Below are positions 47,759 through 62,060 of a stretch of 64,000 nucleotides of DNA, one piece after another (position 1 is the first letter of the stretch; every line of letters starts with the position of its first letter). Position numbers and translations under genes: made by a program. The notes below the pieces were generated by a model. The model ran no database searches. It was not told the origin of the DNA and saw only the letters and a program-made list of their open reading frames with translations. Location of the stretch: assembly GCA_002269645.1 (NCBI GenBank), contig NIVC01000882.1:356653-420652 (forward strand). Direction: 5' to 3'. This stretch comes from Macrostomum lignano (Eukaryota).

Positions 47759-49209
47759 AAAGTGCTAAACTGCCTAATGACCAACAAACTGTCACTGCAA
47801 GTCAAAAATGCTGCTATTACATGTATTTTTGGCACCATTTTCGAGTTCCATGATTGAATTCGGCTTTGATTTTTTGTTACCCAGATGCAAATGATCAAAA
47901 AATGAAACACGTGTGTACTTTAATAAGCTCTTTGTTTCTTGGAAACATTGTCATTGTTGATTCGAATAATCGCTCTTATCGAAATCTAGGAATCTAAAAC
48001 AAGCAAAAAGTTGAGCACTATTTATTAAATAGCGAAGTGATTTTTTGTTTTTGTTTTAGTCAGTTGCTTCGTAGTGAAACAAACAAACAAGTAATTTCTA
48101 TTCGTTTTACGAGCGTAGATTTATGCAATTTTGAGTCACAAAACGAATAACATAAGAAGTACGAAAACAAGTCGTGCTTCATCTCAGTCCTTACCGTCAC
48201 GACTCAGGGAGGCTGTCTGCCACCATCACTATATTTCGGGGGGGGGGGCACTTTCCCCCTACTGCCTCGCCCCTGCTGATCCGTCACTGGTGTATAGTGT
48301 TATTGTCGGAAAAAATGTCTGAGGGAATTGATGCCCGTGCATATTTTGAGTCGAATGAGAGGCACCAATGAAGAGGATTCAATTTAAGACGGCAATCAAG
48401 ATTTCTCACCTGAGCAAAGCAAGTTTGATTCCCGGGGGTTTTATGGAGTGGCAGTTGCAGTGGGATGCTGCGCCGCATGCAGTCTCTGGAGGCATTGCGG
48501 ATAATTTTTCAAAGCCTGATTGCGGAGCATCACCTTGGGGATTTATTTGGCCGCCAAGAGAGCAGAATTAATGGACATGGATAGGAATATGTATGGGCGG
48601 TCACATCTGTTGGAGCTGAGAATTCATTTTCTTTCCATCTTTCCCTGGAGGAAATCCCCATTTCGAGATCCGACCATCGGAGCCAGAAATTTGAGAAGAG
48701 AAATGACACCGCATCCGCGTGTGCGAGTGTTCGCGCCATGACTTCCCATGGCCTCAGCTCCTTCTCTTTTCGATGCTTGTTGTTGCCGCGGGGGTTAAAA
48801 AGAAGGGAGCCAAGGGTGAGAGAGAGAGAAGGCAGAAACGGACAGGCCGAGTTTGCAGGCTGGGAGCGCCTCAGGAGATGAGGTGGATATAGAGATGAGA
48901 TGAGAAGAGATGCAGAGATCTGAGCCAGCATCCATTGGCCTTTGAGCTGGGAATAGCAGGAAGGAAGGCAGAGGCTCATCTAGCAGCAAAGCACTGATTT
49001 CTCAGGCGCCCCTGAAGACTGCGACGCCCCAGATCTCACCCGTCTTTTCGCACCGACACCTCAAAGGAGAAGAGGGAAAAGGAAAGACTATTAACGGGAT
49101 TGAGCTTCTCCATCTCGCCTAATTCACCTGTGTCCCGGGTAAAAATCTGTGCGATACAGCTGCCAACAGAACCCGCAGAGTCGGTTGAGTGCTGCTCGGA
49201 AATCTCGGC

Positions 49210-52200
49210 ATGGCTCGTGGCGGTGCTGGCGGCAGAATCCGGTTCAGAGCGGCCAAGGGCGGCCACGCCAGCGACCCGCACGACGACCTGGCCCGCAGGC
49301 GGAACACCAGCAGGTTCCACGTAGTGAACAGCGGCTGCTTCTATAGGAGCCGCAACAGGCTGTGCCCGAGTCGCCTGACCGACTACTATTGTGTCATGTG
49401 GACTGAGGCTGCCGATGAGGAGCCGCCAGCCGCTACGGACGGCGCTCGTAAGAGAAATGTTTTTAGATATGTTCATTAGATTTCTGAACAATGCTGCGAG
49501 TGATGGACCGGAGGTTCGACTGCAGATGAAGGGATGAAAGCTGGTTGCAGATGAAGGGATGGAAGCTGGTTGCAGATGAAGGGATGGAAGCTGGTTGCAG
49601 ATGAAGGGATGGAAGCTGGTTGCAGATGAAGGGATGGAAGCTGGTTGCAGATGAAGGGATGGAAGCTGGTTGCAGATGAAGGGATGGAAGCTGGTTGCAG
49701 ATGAAGGGATGGAAGCTGGTTGCAGATGAAGGGATGGAAGCTGGTTGCAGATGAAGGGATGGAAGCTGGTTGCAGATGAAGGGATGGAAGCTGGTTGCAG
49801 ATGAAGGGATGGAAGCTGGTTGCAGATGAAGGGATGGAAGCTGGTTGCAGATGAAGAGATGGAAGCTGGTTGCAGATGAAGGTATGGAAGCTGGTTGCAG
49901 ATGAAGGTATGGAAGCTGGTTGCAGATGAAGGTATGGAAGCTGGTTGCAGATGAAGGTATGGAAGCTGGTTGCAGATGAAGGTATGGAAGCTGGTTGCAG
50001 ATGAAGGTATGGAAGCTGGTTGCAGATGAAGGGATGGAAGCTGGTTGCAGATGAAGGTATGGAAGCTGGTTGCAGATGAAGGTATGGAAGCTGGTTGCAG
50101 ATGAAGGGATGGAAGCTGGTTGCAGATGAAAGAATGACAGCTGGTTGCAGATAAAGTGACGGGGCTGTCTTCATCGCTGACAAAGGAACGGACTTTCAAT
50201 TGTATACTCGATAAAAACTGTCGATGATTGAGAAAAAATCATTTCACTAGAGTAACAACTGCTTTTGCATATGATCTCGTTTTGGACTTGAGTATAGTAC
50301 ATGTAAAAAAAATTCAACAGAACTACTGAAGGCAGTCTCGCTACGTTTCCACAAAGCCTCTCAATCATTCTCAAACTGGTGCCGCCGAAGTGTTATAAAA
50401 TTTCCTGGATTTTTCCTGTTCCAATCAATTCCCGAACGTTCGGTTCGGTTTGGGAGAAATTAATTCACCCGTCCAAGGAGCCGGGCGTAAGTGAATTAGT
50501 CCTCGGAGGCGAAATTTTCGTCTCCCTTGAGAAGCTACACTCAGCGTTTTGCGCGAAGGCGGGTGCAGTCCCGCCCGCGCGGATGACAAAATCTCATCAT
50601 CAGAGCGAAGTCGTACGACGGCAGACGAAGATCGGACACGCAGAGGGGAGCAGTTCTCCCGCTTTACGATGAAGCGGAGGGACAAATTGGGGGTAGAGCG
50701 CTACAATCGCTTGGCTGATTTATGCGCCCACAGAAGGGGCAGATAATTAGAGAGAGAGAGAGATAGAAGAGATTAGAAGATAGCAAATTGAATACTCCAG
50801 GATGGGATGCGCGCGAAATGGCTTCATAATGAAGGCTCATCTGTGGCCGGCGCAGGACTTGGCGAAGTTAATACGATTTGAAATTTTTCTCTGGCAGCCC
50901 GCGTCCCGATATCTGGTATTGATACCCTGGTATTGTGCATTGATGGCGCATAACACTGTCTCAATGGTGCTGTCTCAGCTGCGCACATTCTAGGACAATG
51001 TCTCAATGGTGCTGTCTCAGCTGCACACATTCTAGGACAATGTCCCAATGGTGCTGTCTCAGCTGCGCACATTCTAGGACAATGTCTCAATGGTGCTGTC
51101 TCAGCTGCACACACTCTAGGACAATGTCTCAATGGTGCTGTCTCAGCTGCGCACACTCTAGGACAATGTCCCAATGGTGCTGTCTCAGCTGCGCACATTC
51201 TAGGACAATGTCCCAATGGTGCTGTCTCAGCTGCACACATTCTAGGACAATGTCCAATGGTGCTGTCTCAGCTGCGCACATTCTAGGACAATGTCTCAAT
51301 GGTGCTGTCTCAGCTGCACACACTCTAGGACAATGTCCCAATGGTGCTGTCTCAGCTGCACACACTCTAGAACAATGTCCCAATGGTGCTGTCTCAGCTG
51401 CGCACATTCCAGGACAGAGTCTTAAAAGTGCTATGCTGTAGCACTCTCTCTATGTCTCTGTAGCGACCCTCTGAGTGATAGTTTCATTTAATTAACAGTA
51501 CTAACTTATAGACTACTAAAATACGAGTAGACAGTCCTACAGACACTATTAAGGAATTGAAGAGCTCAAACTCCCCTGCCCGCAGGTCAAAACTCTACAA
51601 TAGCTCTGTCCGGCAGCTCTTCAGTTGTAGAAAGTGACAGTCAAGATCAGCAGCCGCTGTGCTCCGGCGACTTCACCTTGGAGGGCATCCTGCTGACGAG
51701 TAACGTGCTGGCGCCGCTGCTGCTGCTGGTTGGCAGCTGCTTGAACTGCCTTAACGGCCGCCTTATGCTGATGTACAGCAAGCGGCAGCTGCCAGTCTGC
51801 TTGTACCTGGCACTGCTGGCAGGGCTCGACACCGCTATGCTGTGGCTCCGCTTCCTCGACCTCTGGCTGCAGGCCGCCTTCGACATCAAACTGCTGCTCA
51901 CTCTGGCAATTATGGACGAGTCAACGTGTCAGCTGATTAACATGCTCTATTCAACATTGCTCCACTTTAAAGCGGCCCTACAGGTATGCTGTTCGTGGTG
52001 GTTGGCTAAAGAAGTCCTTGAGCCCAATTGTGAAAGCTATTAGTCTTGTGTTGAAGAGATGAGCCAACTATTCATACATGGACAAGTTATGCAGAGGGGT
52101 CGTTGCACTCGCAGATTGTGCGAATCTCGCGGAAGGGGGGCGGTCTTCGCTGTAAAATAAAAAAATAACTCGTAATAACTCATTGCACCTGCCCCAATCG

Positions 52201-53606
52201 GACCAGATGTGCAACCGGCAGCTCAGCCGCAGCTATTGCGCGGGCGCATCTAAAGGATGCGTACGGCTGTTGGGGGGGGGGGGTCGCCACACAAACCCTT
52301 AATTACCCCAGCTACAGCTAGGTGAACTGAAGCAATGCAGAGTCAAGCGTCTTGCTCAAGGACACAAGTTTTTCCAGTGGGATTGGAATCGAACCCCCGA
52401 CCTTCAAGTCGTGAGTCCGACGCTCTAATCACTAGGCTACAACCCCCTACAGGCTACAAACCCCTGCAAAATGTATTTGCGAAATGGGAAGTTTTCAGTT
52501 TTTTAAGCTCAAACTTGACAATAGTGTTTGGTTTAAGGTGCAGTCACAAGTCTATCAAATTATTTTTTCATAAATTTCTACCAGAGACCAGTAATCAATC
52601 AAATTCCAGCTGTTCCTGTCCCCGTAGTTAATTTCTCAGCGCGAATTTGTCAATGGCGAAACCTCATTTAGCGGGTATACAAAAAGCTAATCTTTTCGAA
52701 ATCCGTTCATAAAACACATTTGTATTGTGAACATTGCCGCTCTCAAAATAATGCTTTCTGAGTGTCACTTGACCCGCTTGCTTGTTCCTTTATTTAGTTC
52801 TCTGATTTATTTTTCCATGTGTATTTACGATCCCCGAACAGGTGTCGCTGGCGCTGGACACGGTTCGCATGATTCGCCAGCCTGTCTCGAGAATCGAGCG
52901 CTACACAGCCGAGTGGGTGAAAAACAGCGTCATCCTGGCATTCGTTCTCGTGCTGCTGCTGAACGGCCACCACCTCTGGACGCTGGCCGTTGTGAAGGTA
53001 AGCGGCGGCTCCGGTGACGCTGAGGGTGCATTCTACTGCGGCTGGACCCTTCGATGGCCAATAACGGAGCAGTTCGCAGTGTGGATTTGGCCAATCAGCG
53101 ACCTGCTAGTGGGCGACCTGCTTCCAGTTGCAGTTGTCGCCGCATGTTGCATCTGTGGTGTCGCCGGCGGCGGCCTACGCAGGCGCCGTGCAGGCCTAGC
53201 CTACTACGTCATCGACGTGGATCTGCACTGTACTCTCCGACGCGGCCTACTGGCCTGCTGCGCCGGCTTCGTGGCGTTGGGCCTACCAACGCTTTTCCGC
53301 ACAGCCTCAATGCGCTCCGCTTTCTTCGCCCACCGACTTCGGGAGACGTCGCATCCAGCCGGACGCGGCGGAGAGCCGCTCGGCTGGGCCGAAGAGAACG
53401 AGGCTGGAATCTTCATCCTTCGCCTGTGCTCGGGACTGCGGCTGTTCATCAGTCCACTGCTTCTGCTCGCTTCTGTGCCCCGCTACCGCTGCGACTTCCG
53501 CAATACCATTGCCGCCGCAGCCGAGGCCGTTTTCGGCTGTTGTGGCGCGAGGCGATGGCGATCGACTGGGCAGTGTGGGAGGCAAATGTACTGTGTAAAC
53601 ATGTAG
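49210..53606 (+). CDS. Divergent rhodopsin-like (peptide-receptor/Srw-type) GPCR, 453 aa; exons 49210-49447, 51625-51983, 52842-53606
   Basis: Seven hydrophobic segments; TM1 GSCLN, TM2 YLALLAGLD, TM4 LLNGHHLW, extracellular Cys pair. Exon 1 is inferred from GC content, a GTAAG donor and phase match (less certain). Confidence 0.75.
49520..50155. repeat. 25-bp minisatellite, about 25 units, in GPCR intron 1
   Basis: Unit TGCAGATGAAGG(G/T)ATGGAAGCTGGT. Confidence 0.96.
50955..51415. repeat. 42-bp minisatellite, about 11 units, in GPCR intron 1
   Basis: Unit TCTCAATGGTGCTGTCTCAGCTGCGCACATTCTAGGACAATG. Confidence 0.95.
52200..52440 (-). mobile_element. tRNA-derived SINE with a CORE-like segment (family B)
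   Basis: The minus strand reads GTAGCCTAGTG (A box), GGTTCGATTCC (B box), then GTGTCCTTGAGCAAG and TTCACCTAGCTGTA; the 3' end is approximate. Confidence 0.65.
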
Positions 53607-54439
53607 CTTTATGGAGGCTACATGTAAATCTCCTCTGGTAGGAAACAGTTTTCTGCATAGGAAACTTACATGTATAAGGTGTCCATCCAACAAACGAGGA
53701 AACAACCGTTTGTACGTTTCTCTTTCTCTGCAACTCGCGTGTGTTTCTAAGTGATAAAGGATTTCACGAGTATCATTTGAAGTGATCTCCAAAGTAATTT
53801 GATTTTCGAAGAAAGTCAGAAGCACGGAAAATAAAAAGTGAATTTATTTGCTAAGGAGTTCATTCTTGAAAACGCGGCTCATACGCAAATCCTTGCACAT
53901 CACACATACATGTACATGTATCTGTCAAGTATTAATTATTCACAAACCACTGTTTCTTTTCGTATCGTTAAACGCTTAATCACTAGTTGCATTCGAATTG
54001 GATTTAAATTTTAAGAAGTCTAAGATGAAATGAATGTACTTGATGGAGCAGTTCGTTCCGCTATTCGATCTTTCGATGAAATGAATGCTGCAGTCCGCGC
54101 TACTTCCCCCTTACATGCAACTAACGTTTAAAGCTCGTGTAAACTTTATGTGCATGTACGCTGTACATGCAGGTATGCACAGCAGATTACGCCACACGCT
54201 TAGTCGATTCATAATTCATAATAAGATGTACGTGTTACAATGTGCAATTTCCGATGTTGAGGCCAAGCTTGAGGCCAGTGCGAAAATTTAGCCCAGTTCA
54301 AAAATTTATTGAGTCGAATTGGATCAGCGGAATAAAGTGCTACTCAAGGCACTCCAAGGAGGACGCGTGATACCATAAAGTGATGAAGCTTTCCATGAAG
54401 TTTTTAGTTCTTCGAGCCTACAATGTCCAGAGAAGCTGA

Positions 54440-55910
54440 TCGCAGCGGTCAACCAAGACACGTTCGCTGCTGTGATCGCACCTGACGGCCTCTCCAACTT
54501 CTTCACCACCTCATTCGGAGTCCTGCAGGAGATACCCTCGCTCGATCTCTTCCTGTTCATCCTTATCCTGGACTGGGTGTTGCGGACAGGGCTTCCGGAC
54601 AACTCGGACGGCTACATCCTATGCAGGCGAACGAGCAGCCGGCACCCGGAGAAGCGGCTGGCTGTCCTCGGCTATGCTGACGACCTCGCCCTTCTGGCAT
54701 CCACTGCTGCCGGTGCTCAACGCCTCCTTAACGGCCCAGCTACGCTGCTGCGAGAGTCGGCCTCAAGATCAACGCCAAGAAGACGGAATTCCTGACTGTG
54801 CCAGCTGACCTGCCAATGGACATTCGCCTTCCCAGCTGGGACAGCACGACTGCAGCACTGCTTCCCCGATGCGAGAAATTCTGGTACCTTGGCGGTCTCG
54901 TGCCCAGCGTCCATGAGGACCTGCAGCGCCGCAGAGGGCTCGCGTGGGTGGCTTTCCGCTCAGTGCGTGTCGTACGCAAGGACTACTCAAGTAACATAAA
55001 TATAGGACGCAACACTCGAAATCTATGGTTAATGTTTTGAAGGCAACTTTTCGCCGAAAAATACACTACAGAGATAGGAGGTTTTAATTTTTTCAGCACA
55101 AAAATTGTTATTGTTTTTGATAGGAGGCAGATCCAGTGTTCATCTTGTGATATGTTGTGCCTTAATTCTTATTGCTCTATCGAAATTCATAAAGCTTTTC
55201 GTTTAAAAAAGTTTTAAAGGCAGGTTTCACCAGAAAAGTACACTACGGAGATAGGAAATTTCACGATTTTCAACACTAAAACAGTGATTGGGTCTCTTAA
55301 CAGTGTCAGAGAAAGTTCTAATTCCACTATTTTGTGCCTCACATGCTGCTCTAACGACGCATTAATCGATTTTTTATGATAAATTGGTCTGTCACTTAAA
55401 AAAACGTTTAAAATAATGACAAGACCAATGATAGTTGTCTTTGGTCGTACGTGCTCCAAAACGACGCCCTGTCGGACCAGCTGAGAAGACCCGACTGTTC
55501 CAGGCGGTTGTGGAAACGGTGCTCCTCTATATAGACCATGACGGAGGTCCTGGAGAGCGACAATCATAAAGCGGTACACTCACGCGCTACCTTCAACATC
55601 CACCGTCACGCCGAACACGTCACCAACAAAGCCCTCTATCAACGGGCCAAGCTGAGCCCTCCCAGCGTGACCCTGCGACAGCGACGCCTGAAGCTGGCGG
55701 GTAACGTCATCCGCGCCGAGTCATACTGCCGCGAGAACCGCTGCAGGAGGTTCTGCTGTGGACACAGCGGGCCCACTTCCGGCGGGGGCAAGCGCGCGGA
55801 CCCGGAGGTTGGTCGACTGTTTGACAGAAGATGCCAAGTCGCCTGATCAGGCCAACGGTGTTGCCTTTATCAGCGACTGTGCGACTAGACGTGTATTGTA
55901 TTACGTATCG
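54440..55910 (+). pseudogene. 5'-truncated RTE-like non-LTR retrotransposon, RT and C-terminal part, frameshifted and interrupted
   Basis: GVLQ..LFLFILILDWVLR, LGYADDLALL, YLG, RLFQAVVETVLLY and LRQRRLKLAGNVIR. Confidence 0.85.
54977..55443. mobile_element. hAT-type MITE (467 bp) inserted into the RTE relic
   Basis: 8-bp TSD GTCGTACG (54969-54976 and 55444-55451); imperfect TIR CAAGGACTACT / CAAAGACAACT. Confidence 0.75.
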
Positions 55911-57547
55911 TATTTTAATGAAAGCAACCTACAGTACGGAATAAGTACAAATTCGGAGTTGTAATAAGTAGCAAAAAATAAAATACATAAAAAAAATTAT
56001 TTTATTCTCTTTCTAATTCATACTTTTAAATATGATTTATATATATGATTTATATTTATATAAAAGTTGTTTATTTTTTGTTTTACCCATCTTATGTTTC
56101 AGTGCCCAGAATTAAATTTTAGAAGTACAAATTAAATTCAAGCGAATATGAGAGAGAGTTAGCTTAGTCTTAGTGTAGGGCCTAGGCCTAGTAGTCCGTA
56201 GATGAGGATCTAAATATTGATAGCAAGCGTCAAACCGTGTATTTATTGGCTCTTCAATTCATTTAGCCAAGTTTTTAAGTTACTCCTTTGCGGCTTTGTA
56301 AAATTAACATTTCACTTCATAATCATAGCATAGTCATAAAACATAGACCAAATCCAGACTGTCACTGAATTAATGCCTCTTAGTTTTATGCAGCTAAGCC
56401 TAGTCTACTTTAAATGTAATTGAGTGTTCTCGTAGCTCTTTAGCTCATTTTTAGTGTTTACTGTTTGCCCTACTAAGTCTAGGCCTAGGCCTAGTTACTT
56501 GGCCTATGTGAATTCAATTCTCTATTTAAATTTTTATATATTCCTACGCTTCTCTGCAGCCACCCATCTAAAGTCAAATAAAACATTTTAATATGAATAG
56601 AAAAGGAAATTCAGCCACTCACTCTCAGCCACATGGCTCAACACATAACAATGCTTTATCAGGAACTTATCAAAAAAATCATCGGACTTATGTAAGACTA
56701 TAGTCTAGTCAGTGCCTTTTTATATATAATTTATGTAAATGCTTTAATTATATGACACATAAAATTTGTATTCTACAATTATAGCCTATTAAAAATTGGC
56801 CCTAGTTTTCATTTTAGTATACACCTATAATATAGGCATAATAATAGGCGACAGTAAAGTAAAGATAAATAAATTTTGATCTATTAGATATTCTAGGCTT
56901 ATGGCTAGGCCTATATCTAATAATTGAACTATATATAGGCCTATCAATATAGAATTTTTGTACAAAAAATGTAGGCCTAATTCTTGTAATATAATATTAT
57001 TATATTGCATTTAGGAAAAATTGTATAGTGCAAAAGAAAATTGCACACTTAGGCCTATATACTTATACCATAATTTAGATCCAGTGTTGGGCACCAGCCA
57101 CATTCCAGATCATCTAGTATATGTCCAAAAATTTGGGCAGCATTGGCCTTGCATGTCAAAATTAGCCGTGCACAGATGTGTGTATGTAAGCCTGGCATGC
57201 ACTTTAAAGAATCAAATGTAAGAATTATTGTAGCATATAGCATAAATTTATTTAGCATAAATTTCAAGCTTTCTAGTTTTTTTAAAATTGTAGAAAGCAT
57301 TTAAACAAATCTTTGTGTGTATCAATTTTTTGCTATAAAAAATTGCCAAAAAAGCAGAAAAATCAACCAAAAAGTTTGCTAATAGGGGTTTATTATGCAA
57401 TTTAAAAAAGGTTATTTATTGTCACAATGTAAAAAAGGTCATTTATTGTTGCAACACTGGCACATTTTTGAGAATGGGCTTGTACTACCTTTTTTGGTAT
57501 GTATTTAAAATTAATCAATTTTTGTTTGGTTGTGCATCTAGTATGAT

Positions 57548-57702
57548 CTGCGCCTTAGGGGGTTGGCTCTCAAAGCTGTTAATTACATAAGCAAAGCCAA
57601 GCCAAGATTCCAATTGAGCCCCAAATTAATGTGACTGCACTTGGAATCAAGCCTAGGTTGCTGGCACACCAGAGTAGCTGCACTATTGCTATGCTATGGC
57701 CC
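57548..57702 (-). mobile_element. SINE family A, 5' half
   Basis: Reverse complement matches the head and 5' body of the 62061 copy. Confidence 0.8.
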
Positions 57703-60700
57703 CTGTGTGAGCATTGATCACTTTGATCTCACTTCTTTCCCAATCTTTCATAACTTTCTCCTGTGCCTGCTAATGCTAATGAAACAACTCTTCTATTTGT
57801 ATTTTATTATTAACTAATTAGCTTTTAAGTTTTAAAGAAATAAGTTAATTCTTTTACTGTATGCTTACTTTTAGTAGTATTATACATACAAGTTTTTTAA
57901 TTTATTATGTATTACTTTTGCTTATAAACCAGTTAGATGACCTCTGTGTTTCCCTAAAAAGATGGAAAAGCAAAGATAGTATATTTTGAAGTCTGTTTTG
58001 AAAAAAAGTACAAGATTTCTATATTTTCTAGGTTAACTTTAACAGATTAATGCTTTTTAACAACTATCAGTTAACTTTCAGTTTATTTAACAAATTTAAA
58101 AGTTAATAAATTAAGATTTTCTTGTTTTAACACTAACACTTGCCATTAATGGAAGTTAAGATTTTTATTAACAGTGCCCAATACTGTTTAGATCATAGCA
58201 GATATATACCAAAATGAAAATTCTAGTTTTTTCAATTTTACACAGATATAAGTTAATATTACACAGATATAAATAAAAAACTTTTTATATTAAAATTAAA
58301 ATTAGACCTTTACTTATATGCCAACTTATTTAGAGACTATATTTCTTAGAAATAAAATAAAATAATATAGAAATATAGATAGGGCCTATTATAATTTTTA
58401 CATTATATATTATAATTCATGATTTAGACTATTAAATAAAGTAGGCAATTAATTAGAAAAACAAAAATTAACCTGTCTATCAAGTTTATCAATAGTAGGC
58501 CTAATAATCTGCTATATTAATTTTTTAATATTGGTAAAATTGTATTAGGCCTAGATTTAATATGAAATTGTATACCAAAAAGTTGCAATTTTTTGTTTTA
58601 TATGCTAGTGTAGATGCAAGAATTCTATGTTATATCGTGATTTATCATAACTTCTATGACTTGTATAAGTTTATCTATTGATATATAAGTTGAACTATTG
58701 ATATATATATATATATATTATTCAGCTAAGTTTCTATAATCTTAAGCAAATATTTTTTAAATAAGGTCTATATCTAAACCATTTAGACATAGATTTATAA
58801 TCAAACAGTTATAAATAATATAGAAATGGAGGTATATATAATATATAATTTATATAAATCATAGAAGTTATATAAGTTATATAAGTCATAGAAATGTTTG
58901 ATAAACTTGGAATTTCACAAGGTCTAAATTGTATACTATCAAAACTAAAAAAGTAGCCATTTTGATAAAAATTGAAACTTTATAAGGTCAAGTTTAGCAA
59001 AGTTAAAAACTCCAATATCCAAAGATAGAGGTTAAATAGGAATGAAGTTATTGAATAGGATTGGAATTGAAAATATTTTTGGGGAGGGTTAGATTAGGAT
59101 TGGGATTTAGTAATTCAATCAGGTCTTTTAGTGTACCATAGTTCATTGGTCCATATAGAATTATAGAGAAGGTATACAATATAGTATAGACAAAAATATT
59201 AGCTATTAAAGTACTGATAGGCATAACTATAAGTATTTGTACAAGACTACTAGCCAAATTTTTAATATTTTGTATGTTGAAAGATTAATAAGTATATTAA
59301 ATGTTTTAAATGTGCAAAAAATAAATGAAAAAAATGTATAATTAAGCTCAGAAAAGTGCTAAAAGTTATTAATATTTAATTTCTTGGGTTTTGGATATTC
59401 AAAATAAAGGGCCTTATTGTTTATAAATTTTTAAACATGATTTAAAGTAGAAAAGGTAGAAAACAGACTAAGATATCTTATCAATGCAAAAACTGTTTTC
59501 AGTTTATATTACCAGGTTGACCTACTTTGCAGTTCCCAAACAATTGTCCAAGCAAGCACTTTTTTGCTTGTTTCTATAAGGCATCATAGAAGACATTTAT
59601 TGCTGCCACTCACAACAAAATTTTTTTTGTGCAGGGTAAAAAAATTGTGCAGGCAGAATTAGAAACCTAAGCTGATTATTGTTAGTAAAATGAAGAAACA
59701 AATGAAGAAATTCAATCCAGCATGCTTTTTTTCTTGTCATAATTTTTCTCAGTCACAACTTTCAAAAATTTTAGTGGCTATAAAGCAATCAAATATAGCC
59801 GGTTTTATTTGACTTTCAAGAGGTAGAAAATATTGCAAACAACTAACCAAGGGAATCACTGAATAATTAATTCAAATTGTATGGCATTGTTAAATTGTCA
59901 AAACCTGAAATATTTCTAAAACTTTGTTTTAATCAAAAAGGCACATTTGTTGCCAAAACTATCCAAAACTAGTCTATATATCTAAATCTGAGCTTAGTAA
60001 GCTAATAGTTAAATTGGTCCAATATGCAAATTAAAAATCAGTTCGGATCAGTCCTTGCTCTTACTGTCCATGCCCTGAACCACAGTTGACACCATGCTAG
60101 TGCTAGTGCACTTGTTCGAACTCAAACTCTGACATGAAGGCCCCCCTGACTGGGGAATCTGGGGACTCAACAGGTTCTGGCGCTCCTTTTGCAGGATCTC
60201 TTGCTTTTTTGCAATTGCTTGCTTGTCTTTTTTAGCACTACTTAGATGCATTGCTTCTTTGCGCTTCTCAGCAGCTGTCTGCATGAGTTCTCGAAGCTGG
60301 CTCTCCTGTTCCACTACTGTTTGTAATGAACTTGCCAATGAATGCTTCGCAGCCTTCGCTGCCTCTGCCACCTGCAGTTCTTTCTTTTTCTTCTCCTCTT
60401 CAGCTTTGCATTCCTTCCGTTGTTGTTCCAACTTCTTGTGATAATTGCATCGTGCTTCGAAACCACGCTTTATGAGTGAGTCATCAATTGGAAACGTTTC
60501 TGCTGACCAGCCTCGGCTTGCGAGCCCTGACTTAAGCATCAGCATGGCGTGCAGCATTTCCTCCTGTAGGCAGTTACGTTCATTGGTTAAATTGGATGTC
60601 AGGAGCTTCAGCAGGCGCTCCGTGTCTGCATTACCATGTGGTAGGCAGAGCGAGGAAAGAGCCAATTTACTCAAGGTTCGATACGATTCCAGATTGCTCA

Positions 60701-62060
60701 CACTTAACCAGAAGCCCACAATGTTGCGAGTCTCCGAAAGTGTGCAATCAAAGGTGTTAATTCGGTCATAGATCCGCAGCATACGAGCTTCTGCTGCGAC
60801 GGAGACCACATCTTCAGTGATTACTGTTTTCATCACCTTCGCAACTGAGACAGCATTCTCCTCAAAGAATGAATTAGCTCGAGTGCTAGGATCAAGAAAC
60901 GAAAGACTTCGCCGTAGTTTCGCCTGCTTATGATTTCCAACTGGCAAATAATGCAATAGCTTGTCAACAAGTGTTACATAGAAGTCCTTGACATCTTTGA
61001 GAAACATCAGACTGGCACCGCTCCAATTTGAAAATGCTGCTTCGAAGTGTCTCCTGGCTTGGCCGAAGGTGGTTGACAGAATTTTTTAAATCGATCTGAT
61101 GCACGGCTCTGCCTTCCATGGCTTCCTTTGAGACAAAGCGGACGAGAGCAGACTTGAACAGATCATCCATCTTCTGGAAAAGGGCATGAATCAGAGTTTC
61201 ATTCCTTTGAAAAAGAAGTTCAAACTTCTTGCACTGCTGCAGTGCATCCTGAAGAAATTGGAGTTTCAGGAGTGTGGTCTTGTTTGCAGTCGCAAGCTTG
61301 ATACGCTTTACGAGCGTAGTCGCAACTTGTTCTGCGTGTCTTCATTGGCGTCATCTGGAGCTTGGCTAAAGCTCCAAAGCAGGCCACACGACAAGAAGCC
61401 GACTAACGACTGGATGCATCTGCAACCAGCGGGTCTCGACTAGCCGGAGTAGAAAAAGTTCCGGAATTTGTACTCTCGATGAATCACTTCAATACTATTC
61501 CTTCGTTTGGCGTAGCGAAAGTAGTTGAAGAGGTCTTTGGCAAATTGCTCTACTTCTTCTCCCAGTGCAGTGACAGCATACTTGGTCGCATTGTGCACAT
61601 GGTGTAGTGAGCAACCAACCAGATCGAGAATATGCTGAAGGCCAGGTTCCTTTCGCAGTTTTGCGATTACACCACCCTTTTCACCTCTCATGGTGTTGCA
61701 GCTGTCGCACATGATTGCAAGCAGGTTCTTAAAAGGAACACCTCTCGCAACTAAGACGTCCTGAAGAAGTTTTTTTCAGGACTTCAGCTGTCTGCTCTGA
61801 GAGCTCATTGACACTTAAGCAAGTAGTAACGACCTCTTTCTTATCTTGATCTAAATAGCGCACTAGAAAGGCAACGAAGGACCTGTTACCTCTTGTCTTC
61901 TCATCGAGAAGAACCGAGAATGGGCATTTTGATAGCTTCTCAATTAGCATCGCCGTAAATTCTGATTCTAGTGCTTCAATAGTCAGGTACGTCGCCTTCA
62001 TCCTGCCACAGGAAAAGTCTTGCAATCGATAAATCAGGAAACATTCACCTAAAAGTAGCT

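Noticed and set aside
52350-52440. tRNA gene (also considered at 62061)
   Set aside because: A and B boxes are present, but there is no complete acceptor stem and the sequence continues into a SINE body
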